Positions 11,604 through 21,016 of a stretch of 64,000 nucleotides of DNA are shown here, piece by piece. The DNA comes from Marsupella aquatica. Lineage: Eukaryota > Plantae > Marchantiophyta. The stretch spans positions 12,899,934 to 12,963,933 of the forward strand of contig OZ316899.1 of NCBI GenBank assembly GCA_973895155.1, in the 5' to 3' direction. Position numbers and translations under genes: made by a program. The notes beneath the pieces are model-generated. The model searched no databases. It was not told the origin of the DNA and saw nothing but the letters and a program-made list of their open reading frames with translations. Each line of letters opens with the position of its first letter. Position 1 is the first letter of the stretch.

Positions 11604-14600
11604 TGTGACACGGGTAACGTGTCACTTGACCGAACCCAGGTCGTAGATTAGGACTTATACGGTCATTAGGACCGTAGCCATAGCGTAGAATAGCACGTAT
11701 AGCCGTCAAGTTACCATTATGATTAGATTAGGAGTAGGTTAAGATAACCGAATAATTACGAGTTCAGGAAAGGGATTATTACGCACGACCGAGGTACGGT
11801 GGCGGCAGCGGAGTAAAAATCAGTTAGAAGAATCACGCTTGCACCGAGACGCCGACTTCAGCTCGTTATCAATGACCAAATGGCCTGACCTTCTCACGCT
11901 CGGGCTCGTCCGGGCACCCCCATAAGAGAGGAGCCGATGGCACTGCGGGCCATTCGCTCACGTTTACCTTTCTGGAATTCACGGACGCTGCCATCCGCTC
12001 CCCTTTTTGATTGAATCCAGTCGACCTTTACAAGGAAATTATCGAGGGAGAAGAGCGGAATGTGGCAAGATTTAGTCAGGACGAGCGAGGCCTCCGCGAA
12101 AAAGGACCAGCCAGGTGGGAACGTGGACGCAACGAACCGGACTACGAGGTTAGTATGACCCTCACAGCCTTGGGATTTTGGACCTTGTTTGGCGAGGTAG
12201 GTGCTAAGTTCTCCGAGACTTACTGGTACTCTTGCCCCGAGAAAGCCGCTTACGAACGAAGGTACGCGAAGCTGGTAACCAAGGTAGCACTGGTTAATTG
12301 CGAAAGAACAGCCATCACCAGGGATTCTAGCTATAACGAGCTGCGAGACTACATCACCGAACTATATCTCAGCGAGGAAGGGCTTAGATCGGTAGCAGAG
12401 GCGATTCTTGAGGTTCCAGCTAAGTTCTTTAAGCTGAAGGGCAACCAGCGGCTTACTCAAGCGGAGTTCGACAAGATTCCGGGGTACCTAGACCAGCAGA
12501 TCGCAGCCGAAAAGCGCCAAGAAGACATCAGCAGACAACGGGAAGCGGCACGTAATCTCACGTTCCTCGGGGAAAGCTCCAACGCCTTCAACTGGGATAT
12601 GGCTACCCCAGCGCCTCAACCGATGACCACCGGAGTACCGCTGAACCAGTCCCAAGTCCATCCGGTAATCAACGCGGAGTGTTCTTCGGGTTCCGAGCGA
12701 GCTAGTCCGCAGCTCGAACAGCGTCCTCGTAAGCGGTCAAGGACTACGACGGCCCCCGAATCAACACGGACCGACGTCGCGCCTGCACCTGCCCCGGCAA
12801 ACCCCCCGACCAACCAGACCCGACGGCCCCCGGATAACCCAAAGTCCAACTTATTACAGGTAATCCGCGTCCCCGAGGTAGTCTGGATCGCGATCAAGAA
12901 ACTCGAACATGCGGACTATCTCAAGGAGCATCAGTTGGAGCGGTTCGCCCACTTACTATGGAGGCCGTGCGCCACCGGGCCGAAGGAGATTTGTGAGTTC
13001 ATCTCCAATTTCGACACTGATGCGTCAACCACCAAGGTTTCGAGGCAGACCTTATCACTCACGGAGCATCGGTTAACGCAAATTTTTGGCCTACCAACCG
13101 GGCCGGTGCCGGTGGAAATCCGAATTCGGGATAAGGAGTATACACCGCGGCACTTCAAACCCGAGGGTAAGACGGACAACGGATACAAGCAGGGGGCGTG
13201 CACCAACTTAACCTATATGGAGCGGCTTAACTTCGTACGGACTACCCTACACATGATTGAGCCACGATCCGAGATTTCCCTCTGCACGATAGTGCAGGTG
13301 GAACAGTACAAACGACGAAACTGGGCCCAATTCTTCTACCGAAGATTCTCGGGGGAGCTGAAGCGGGCTCAGGGTGGTATGGCTATTGGAGGGAAGACTT
13401 ACTTGGGAAGTCATATCGCCATTATCCTCGCCTGGTACAAGGCACGGCGGGAGGCCAGAGGAAAGAATACGGCCACCTCAGCCCCGGGTAATGTCACCCC
13501 CGCCCCAGAGGAGGCAACCCCGACTACGCGGACTACTGTCCCTCGGACAAACCCCGAGCCGGAAGCCCCGACTAATACTCCGCAACCGCCCCCTGTGGAA
13601 ATTCCACCGCCTCCTTCCGTTGAGCCTCCGCTACCTGCAGTACAACCACCCCCAATCCCTCCACCACCTGAAGAAACCTTCCCCTCCCCAGCGTTGACTA
13701 CGGAGGAGCTCATTGCCCCTGCCGAGGAACCACCAGTACCCGAGAGGATGGAGGACTACCAAGTAGCCCCGGGGACCATGGCCTACGACCTGGTCCAGAA
13801 GTTTAGCCAGACTATGTCTGGAGAGTTGGCGACATACATCGGACAACAAGTCTCGGCGTACTTTCAGCCAGCCTTCTTCATGTTAGAGCACCAACCACGG
13901 ATCGTCAGCCGCTTGGAAGAAGAACTCATGGCGAAGGGGAATGAGATCGGGCGTCTCCAGATGCTGGTAGAGCACCTCGAGGAAGAGGCAACGACCCGCC
14001 GCGAGGATTTAGTCCACACTGTCGAACAGAGGGACGGACTACCCCAGGAGTTAAGCGGAGCGCAGGCCGAACTCAAGAAGCTGGACGACACCGTGCTTCA
14101 ATTACGCTCAGAATCTTCGGCTCGGGTTACCAGCCTGACCGACCTCAACAAACAATTCCTGCAGGCAGCACAGCAGGTGGCTAGTCTCTCCGCCGAACAA
14201 GATAAATTGCTAGCGCAAGACCAGGTCCATCGCGACGCCATCGACCAGCTCAACTTGGAGGTGGCGCGGCTCCAGACTGAAGCCGATGAAGCTGCAAACG
14301 AGGCGGAGGAAGCATTACGGGACAACAAGGCTTTGCAGGACCGCGTCACCCTGCTCGTCCTCCAGCGGGGAAAACCTGGGCCCACCTCTGATCAAGGCGG
14401 CTCGAGGTCTTGCCCCGACAAGGGGACCAGCCCGGGTCCAACCACTGCACACACGTAAGGGGTAGTTAGCGAATGGTAGAAGCAGGCGCCGCGCGAGGCG
14501 GTTAAGTCAGCGACATCTTTTAGTTAGGCGTAACGACAGAATGACTGTCATTAGGCGCCGATTAGCGGCAGTAGGAAGAATTAGGGCCAGTCAGTTAGGA

Positions 14601-15441
14601 TCAGCCAACGTAGGATTGAGTCCATCAACGGACTAGAGTTTGTCAGTAGGCTTGGCCGCTGCCATTCTGGTTGGCACACTCGTAGTCGACGGTCAACCGG
14701 TCAGTGCAGCGCGACCAGTAGTCAGCAGTTAGTTAGTCAGTAGGTAGTACCCTGGAAGGTAGTATCCTCCGGTTCTCTTCCGCTATGGTGGTATTTAGGC
14801 TCCCCCTTCCGCGATGGGAAGGGGGAGAAGGCTTAGTTATCTCAGCAGAAGAAAGGCGAGGCACGGGGAGTCCCGGCCTGAGTAGGGTCAGAGCGTACCA
14901 AGGAGTGAGAGCCAGAGTCGAGCTTGCTGGGCAAGTGCGAGGCAGGGCCTCGTAGAGACTGGGCATCGACTGCCGTTGGGCCTGCTGACCCCCTTTGAAG
15001 TCGAGTCAACCATGTAAACTGATGCTTCGCTGACTAAATGTAGTCTTTTCCCCTTAATGTTTCTGAGAGTAACTGGTGTTGTGTGTATGCTTCGTCCAGG
15101 CAAAGGCGCCATTTTAAGGGACGTACCGGGTGCGGACTAATGGTAGGGATTGCCACTCATTGCATGTCACAAGGTCCTGTCACGTCGATGGCTTGAAAAG
15201 CCCCAAGTCGGGAGTTAGTCCGCGTCACTAACTGAGGGAAAATTCCAGCGGTGGAAAATAAATATACCTATGACAAGTACGAATTATGCGAGTGTTATAC
15301 CAGTAAGTATAGCGGCTTAGCCCGACTTAGGGCTATTGAAGGTCACTACACACCTCCTTGCCCGAACCCTCACCCCTACTGGTGGTCGAGGTCGCACCAC
15401 GACACTAACCCGGATTTAAGGCCCAGGGTAGGGGTGCGACA
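11604..15441 (+). mobile_element. Giant (3838-bp) ORF-carrying Gypsy solo LTR
   Basis: TGTGAC...GCGACA ends; 5-bp TSD TATGC (11599-11603 and 15442-15446). The last 110-120 bp match the reverse complement of 53394-53520, which is followed by a PBS and gag. Confidence 0.85.
12011..14458 (+). CDS. LTR-internal protein: PMD-like/plant-transposon domain + Pro-rich linker + coiled coil
   Basis: Uninterrupted 815-codon ORF (first ATG at 12155). The segment EFISNFD...LSLTEHRLTQIFGLP...NWAQFF...YLGSHIAIILAWY aligns with 48577-50605. Confidence 0.75.
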   Translation: MNPVDLYKEIIEGEERNVARFSQDERGLREKGPARWERGRNEPDYEVSMTLTALGFWTLFGEVGAKFSETYWYSCPEKAAYERRYAKLVTKVALVNCERTAITRDSSYNELRDYITELYLSEEGLRSVAEAILEVPAKFFKLKGNQRLTQAEFDKIPGYLDQQIAAEKRQEDISRQREAARNLTFLGESSNAFNWDMATPAPQPMTTGVPLNQSQVHPVINAECSSGSERASPQLEQRPRKRSRTTTAPESTRTDVAPAPAPANPPTNQTRRPPDNPKSNLLQVIRVPEVVWIAIKKLEHADYLKEHQLERFAHLLWRPCATGPKEICEFISNFDTDASTTKVSRQTLSLTEHRLTQIFGLPTGPVPVEIRIRDKEYTPRHFKPEGKTDNGYKQGACTNLTYMERLNFVRTTLHMIEPRSEISLCTIVQVEQYKRRNWAQFFYRRFSGELKRAQGGMAIGGKTYLGSHIAIILAWYKARREARGKNTATSAPGNVTPAPEEATPTTRTTVPRTNPEPEAPTNTPQPPPVEIPPPPSVEPPLPAVQPPPIPPPPEETFPSPALTTEELIAPAEEPPVPERMEDYQVAPGTMAYDLVQKFSQTMSGELATYIGQQVSAYFQPAFFMLEHQPRIVSRLEEELMAKGNEIGRLQMLVEHLEEEATTRREDLVHTVEQRDGLPQELSGAQAELKKLDDTVLQLRSESSARVTSLTDLNKQFLQAAQQVASLSAEQDKLLAQDQVHRDAIDQLNLEVARLQTEADEAANEAEEALRDNKALQDRVTLLVLQRGKPGPTSDQGGSRSCPDKGTSPGPTTAHT

Positions 15442-15909
15442 TATGCTCTTTTGCATGGCAAAATTGCAGGGCAGATGTAATAGCATGAGAGGGCCGAGGT
15501 ACTCCCAAAATTTTGCAAAGATCATCCTCCAGAATTTCCGGGGCTTCTGTTGAAACTGGCTTCTTTGTGGGTTTGTCTATTCTCTTCTTGACTTTCTTCT
15601 TTGGCCGACTGGTTGGCTTACCAGAGATCTGTGGTTTGCTTGGGGTCCCACTTGGGGTCCCGCTTGGGGTTGAAAGGTCAGGCTCCTCCTCCTCCTCATG
15701 GCCCTCTGCATTGTCCCCGGTGGCCATCTCATCCTCCTCTCCATTGTCCCCACTTGCCGCTTTCTCATCCTCCTCTCCATTGTCCCCACTTGCCGCTTTC
15801 TCATCCTCCTTTCCATTGTCCCTAGTCTTTCTTGGCTCCATCTTCTCATCCATCGGACGACGTTTGCTTGAGGTAGACCCTGGGGTTCCAAACTTTTCTT
15901 TACTTTTTT
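15442..15909 (-). pseudogene. Cargo gene exon, 5' part: acidic/basic low-complexity linker with NLS-like KKKVKKR
   Basis: Acceptor CAG at 15912-15910 is phase-compatible with the donor at 16018; contains GDNGEEDEKAAS repeats. Confidence 0.75.
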
Positions 15910-16018
15910 CTGCAGAACAAAGTAAGGAGTTTAGTATACATTTTACAATGATACTATCTCGGAGAGGCTCTCAAACATAGGTCAGATGTACAATGCAAGC
16001 TAGGGTGTAAAACCTTAC

Positions 16019-17298
16019 CAGGAGTGCCTTGTTCTGAGGTGGTGTCTTCTGATTCCTTTTCTTTCTTCCCCCGAACCTTCTTCCCATCATACTCTGGCTC
16101 TCCAAGAGGCAAAATGGCCTCCAAGTCCAATGCAGCCTTTGTCGACTGCTCAAGATCTGGCAACTTTGAAGGCGCAAAAAGGTTGTCTCGTAGTTTCCCT
16201 TCCTTTAGGAGGTTGGCAGCTTCCTTCTCTTTGGGCGTAATGAACTCATTCCAATCATTGAACTCCATGAACCATGGACAATTTTGTCTCTCCCAGTCTG
16301 AAAAGACTCTTGCTGTTGGCTTCAGCCCATCTGTTGGATACATTGACAGCAGGCCTTTCTCCATCATCCATGCAGTCAGAGCACTTGGTAACACTTTGAA
16401 AGTAGAGGCTCCAATGCTCTCCTGATGAAGTAAATATCTGACCACACACCTCTTTGCACGCTTCCTCCACATATCTTTGCTTTGCTTTGCTGGATTCCAC
16501 ATCTTCTTGCCCTCCTCATAGGACCAAGTCTGTACAAATTTCTTGTACATCTTGTTGTGAAACTCAACAAACTCGTCTTTGCTTCCATTGAAGTTTTGCC
16601 ACTCACCAGAATCATATGCACTCTTGGCAAACTCTGACATGATCAAACTGCCAACATGGGCAATGTAACACCACATTGACCACACTAGCAACCAAGCTCT
16701 CACTGCTGAATCACCATATACATCTGGATGGTGGTGTCGCTTCTTCTCCTCCGCGGTTGAGAAATGAATGCGGAGTAACTTGTTTCGACACTCAACAGGC
16801 ATCACCGCACTTGCAAACAATTTAACTTGATCCAACCCCACTTGCACTTGTGGCCGATCTTTTTGTTTACTCTGCAACTGGTGCAGCTCCTCGGCAATCT
16901 CCAAAAATTCCTCTCCATTTGCTGGATTGACAATCTGAGCAAACTTTTGCATTTTGCCCTCCCAAGACCTACAGGCTTCACTTGTCATGAGTGCGGTTTC
17001 CTTTTGGAACTTATCCGAACTCCAGGCATGGCCAATTGCAGCATCGACTGCCATCTCCTTCGCAAGACGAATCCTCCCGTCTTCAATATTATTCCACAAC
17101 ATGATGTACACAGCAGCATCCTTTGTCATGCACTTGCTATACCATGTCTTTCCATGCCCATGGCTTCTTGCTACTAAGAATCTAGCATAACCATCCGGAT
17201 GAAGCAATGTCTGATACTCCTCCAAAGGTGTCATCAACAGCTTCTTCACCCTCTCTGCATCGGTCAACCAAGATGCCTGCACAAGATTTGCGCTTATC
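16019..17298 (-). pseudogene. Cargo gene exon: large predicted helical region (open throughout)
   Basis: Part of the 454-aa ORF 15954-17318. CAG acceptor at 17301-17299 and GTAAG donor at 16018 keep frame with both neighbouring exons. Confidence 0.8.
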
Positions 17299-17882
17299 CT
17301 GCGTAAAAGAAGCGACAAATGTTGGCGTCAAAGGCTATGTACAAGAAAATTACATCTCTGTCAGATGCTCTCCGAGAAGTCATGGATATCTCGGAGAGGC
17401 TCTCTGAGAAGGCATCGCTCTCCAAGAAGGCATTGATATCTTGGAGAGGCTCTCCGAGAAGGCATGGATCTTGAAGAAGGCATGGATATCTCATAGAGGC
17501 TCTCCGAGAAGGCATGGATCTTCAAGAAGGCATTGATATCTTGGAGAGGCTCTCCGAGAAGGCATCACTCTCCAAGAAGGCATTGATATCTTGGAGAGGC
17601 AATTGAGAAGGCATCGCTCTCCAAGAAGGCATGGATATCTTGGAGAGGCTCTCCGAGAAGGCATCGCTCTTCAAGAAGGCATGGATATCTCGGAGAGGCT
17701 CTCCGAGAAGGGAAGGTTCTTTCTATCTTGGAGAGCCTCTCCAAGATAGCATTTTGAGAGCCAAACATTGTATGTGTGTATGTATCTATCTCGGAGAGCC
17801 TCTCCAAGATAGGATAGCCTATGTGGGTGCAAAAGAACAACAAATGCAAGAACAACCAAAAACCAAGGGGGCAGTCACTTAC
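17299..17882 (-). repeat. Intron containing palindrome array (GAAGGCAT spacers)
   Basis: GTAAG donor at 17882, CAG acceptor at 17301-17299; about 9 palindrome copies plus half sites. Confidence 0.85.
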
Positions 17883-18556
17883 GCATTGAGGCCGTGCATT
17901 GCTTGCTCAATCTTCTTGAATCCTTGTTTTCCAGGTTGTAGAAGAGAGAATCTCACGCAAGGGTGGTACTTTTGCTCGTCAGGATACTCTTCAGCCACTT
18001 GTCTCCATGCATTCAGGCAATGATTTCCATCAAACACCCAAAACATCTTACCCTTCAAAATGTGAAACTCCTCGTACTCATCACACTCCATCTCAAATTT
18101 TGCGTTAGCTTGTTCCCATAGAGGGTCCCAATCCACGGAAAATTCAGACATGGAGTGGGTGGCATTATGCGCATTGGTCTTTGATATGTGGAATTCCAAA
18201 AACTTGTCCACATACCCATTCTTCACGAAGTCCTTCTTCATCTTGAGAATGGAACTCTGTTGGAGAGTCCAAACTGCCTCCATTGTCATCAAACGACATA
18301 GTGGAATCCAAGGTGGCTCTCTGGGCTTCCCGCTTGGTTCAGCTCCAAATGAAACCAAGTACTCCCCAACAATCCCTTCGAATGCACCTTTGTTCAAATG
18401 TTCAGCAGACACATTTTCAAAGTTTAGAACCTTCGGCTCCAGCTTCTTCACTGTGTGAGTTTCCCGACCACTGGCAGTGCTCTCTGCTGTCTTTGATCTG
18501 GTCTGCCAACCAGACAATGAAGGAGAGGGAGTGGGTTTCTTCCTCTTCCCTGTCAT
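17883..18556 (-). pseudogene. Cargo gene first main coding exon: ParB/Sulfiredoxin-like N-terminal domain
   Basis: WIPLCRL...V(W)TL...ILKMKKDFVKNGY...FWVFDGNH(C)LNAW. TGC and TGG are one CpG transition from CGC and CGG, which would restore DGNHR and VR. ATG at 18556; basic KRKK near the N-terminus. Confidence 0.7.
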
Positions 18557-18584
18557 TTTCAAATCTCACCAACTACTGAATTGC

Positions 18585-19050
18585 ACGAGCACAACTTGCA
18601 CAGCACTTGCACCGCCCACAGCTCAGTCGCAGCAAGCTCAATCACTGGCAGTGGCACAACACACAACACAATCGCATCGCTTGCACAGCACTCGCACTCG
18701 CACCGCCATAGGTCACCGCACTCAATCGCACCGCTTCCACCACTCGCACTCACAATCGCACCACCACAACTTAGTCGCAGCAAGCTCAATCACTGGCAAT
18801 GGCACAACACACAACACAATCGCACCGCTTCCAGCACTTGCACCACCACAACTCAGTCTCAACAAGCTCAATCACTGGCAGTGGCACAACACACAACACA
18901 ATCGCACCGCTTTCACAGCACTCGCACTTGCACTACCACAGGTCACCGCACTCAATCGCACCGCTTCCACCACTCGCACTCACAATCGCACTGCTTCCAG
19001 CACTCACACCACCACAGCTCACAACACACAACTCATAGCACACAGCATGC
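18585..19050. repeat. CA-rich minisatellite duplications in a probable first intron
   Basis: AAGCTCAATCACTGGCA(G/A)TGGCACAACACACAACACAATCGCA occurs three times; GTAAG donor on the - strand at 19080. Confidence 0.7.
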
Positions 19051-19614
19051 GGAGAGGGAAAGATCGCAAAGCAACTTACGCTCTCCGAGAAACATGAGGT
19101 AAATTGCATTTGCACTCGCACTCGCTCGGCCTCAATTGCTCGCCTTTCAAATGAGGAAAGGCGAGAGACGGCGGGGACTCACCAAAGTAGTCATCATCAT
19201 CATTAGGCAAAGGAAGATCTAGGGGCATCACAACTGAATTCACTATCGCCATCACGCAGGTCGAGTCCCATCCAAGCAACAGGAGATCTATGGGACCACT
19301 CATTGATTACAAGTGGTAGGGGCCATGGGAGGAAGTTGACATGTTAGCAGTTTATTGGCTTATATGTAGTCATACTCTGATAATGATGAATGCCTAGATT
19401 TGACTCATGTTAGAGTCGCAACACTGAAGTACCTGTACAGATGCTTTCATTATTACTCCCCCTTCACACCATAATGTCCTTGGTACGATTGATTCCAGAC
19501 CAGATAAGATTTCCTATAATTCCTTGGTATTAATGAGTACGATCGTTCAACGACCGGATTTAATTCCAAAAAATATACAGTACTTGCATGACATGTCAGG
19601 CCAGTCTCAACTTC

Positions 19615-20730
19615 CTCATTGTCTCCGAGATGACATGTCACGCCAGGACCCATGTCAGAGAAGCTCTCCACTTTGACATGTCATGGAGGACCCATGTCGG
19701 AGAGGCTCTCCGAGTTGACATGTAAAGTGGGGACTTAAGTCGGAGAGGCTCTCCCAGATGACATGTAAAGTGGGGACTTAAGTTGGAGAGGCTCTCCGAG
19801 ATGACATGTCATGGAGGACCCATGTCAGAGAGGCTCTCCGAGTTGACATGTAAAGTGGGGACTTAAATCGGAGAGGCTCTCCGAGATGACATGTAAAGTG
19901 GGGACTTAAGTCGGAGAGGCTCTCTGAGTTGACATGTAAAGTGGGGACTTAAGTCGGAGAGGCTCTCCGAGTTGACATGTAAAGTGGGGACTTAAGTCAG
20001 AGAGGCTCTCCCAGTTGACATGTAAAGTGGGGACTTAAGTCGGAGAGGCTCTCCAAGATGACATGTAAAGTGGGGACTTAAGTCGGAGAGGCTCTCCAAG
20101 ATGACATGTAAAGTGGGGACTTAAGTCGGAGAGGCTCTCTGAGATGACATGTAAAGTGGGGACTTAAGTTGGAGAGGCTCTCCCAGATGACATGTCATGG
20201 AGACCCATGTCAGAGCCTCTCCAAAATTGAATATTACACAAGATCAGACCTCGGAGAGGCTCTCCGAGATGACATATCAGGTTGGTGATAACTTTGGAGA
20301 GCCTCTCTGACAAATATTGGGCCTAATCCTTGCTACACACCTGAAGATGGCATCTCGGAGAGCCTCTCCAACATGGGTGGAGACTTCATACCTGCGCAAG
20401 ATGCTATCTCGGAGAGCCTCTCCAACATGGGTCAAGGCTACATACCTCCGCAAGATGGCATCTCGGAGAGCCTCTCCAAGATGAAACTTGGTGAGATCCG
20501 GTGCAAGATCTAATCTCGAAGAGCCTCTCCAAGATGAAACTTGGTGAGATCCGGTGCAAGATCTAATCTTGGAGAGCCTCTCCAAGATGGGTCGAGGCTT
20601 CATACCTCCGCAAGATGGCATCTTGGAGAGCCTCTCCAAGATGAAACTTGGTGAGATCCGGTGCAAGATCTAATCTCGGAGAGCCTCTTTAACATGGGTT
20701 GAGGCTTCCAGATGGCATCTTAGAGAGCCT
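19615..20730. repeat. Intergenic palindrome arrays, including a 43-bp tandem GACATGTAAAGTGGGGACTTAAGTCGGAGAGGCTCTCCGAGAT
   Basis: About 13 tandem 43-bp units (19630-20230), then about 10 further palindromes with different spacers and a central C. Confidence 0.92.
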
Positions 20731-20774
20731 AATGGACACCCTAAACTAAGTCCAATAAACTTAGTCACTGTCAA

Positions 20775-21016
20775 TAACAGTTTTCACGCTCACTCACAAG
20801 GGTACGTTGTCAAGAAGGATTCTCACATATTCAACGAGGAAAGAATATTTGAAACAATTTTTACGCTTGGTCTAGGCGATAAGGTACTCTGACAAAACAA
20901 TCTTGACATATTCAACAAAGAAAGAAGCGAGTCTAAGAATTTTTACGCTCTGTCTAGGCAGTAAGGTACTCTAACAAAACAATCTTGACATTCAACAAAG
21001 AAAGAAGCGAGTGTAA
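20775..21016. repeat. Tandem repeat of about 83 bp (left part; split by a Copia insertion)
   Basis: TTTTTACGCT...GGCGATAAGGTACTCTGACAAAACAATCTTGACATATTCAACAAAGAAAGAAGCGAG units continue at 26167-26380. Confidence 0.8.

Noticed and set aside
8886-18556. Bacterial contamination or prophage, suggested by the ParB/MTase-like domains
   Set aside because: The gene has phase-compatible GT-AG introns, lies between MULE TIRs, and is interrupted by a plant LTR element.
18477-19102. His/Thr-rich ORFs on the + strand
   Set aside because: Products of a CA-rich minisatellite that is open in several frames.
19615-20730. CRISPR array (palindromic repeats separated by spacers)
   Set aside because: Spacers are near-identical tandem duplicates rather than unique sequences, no cas genes are present, and the context is eukaryotic with introns.
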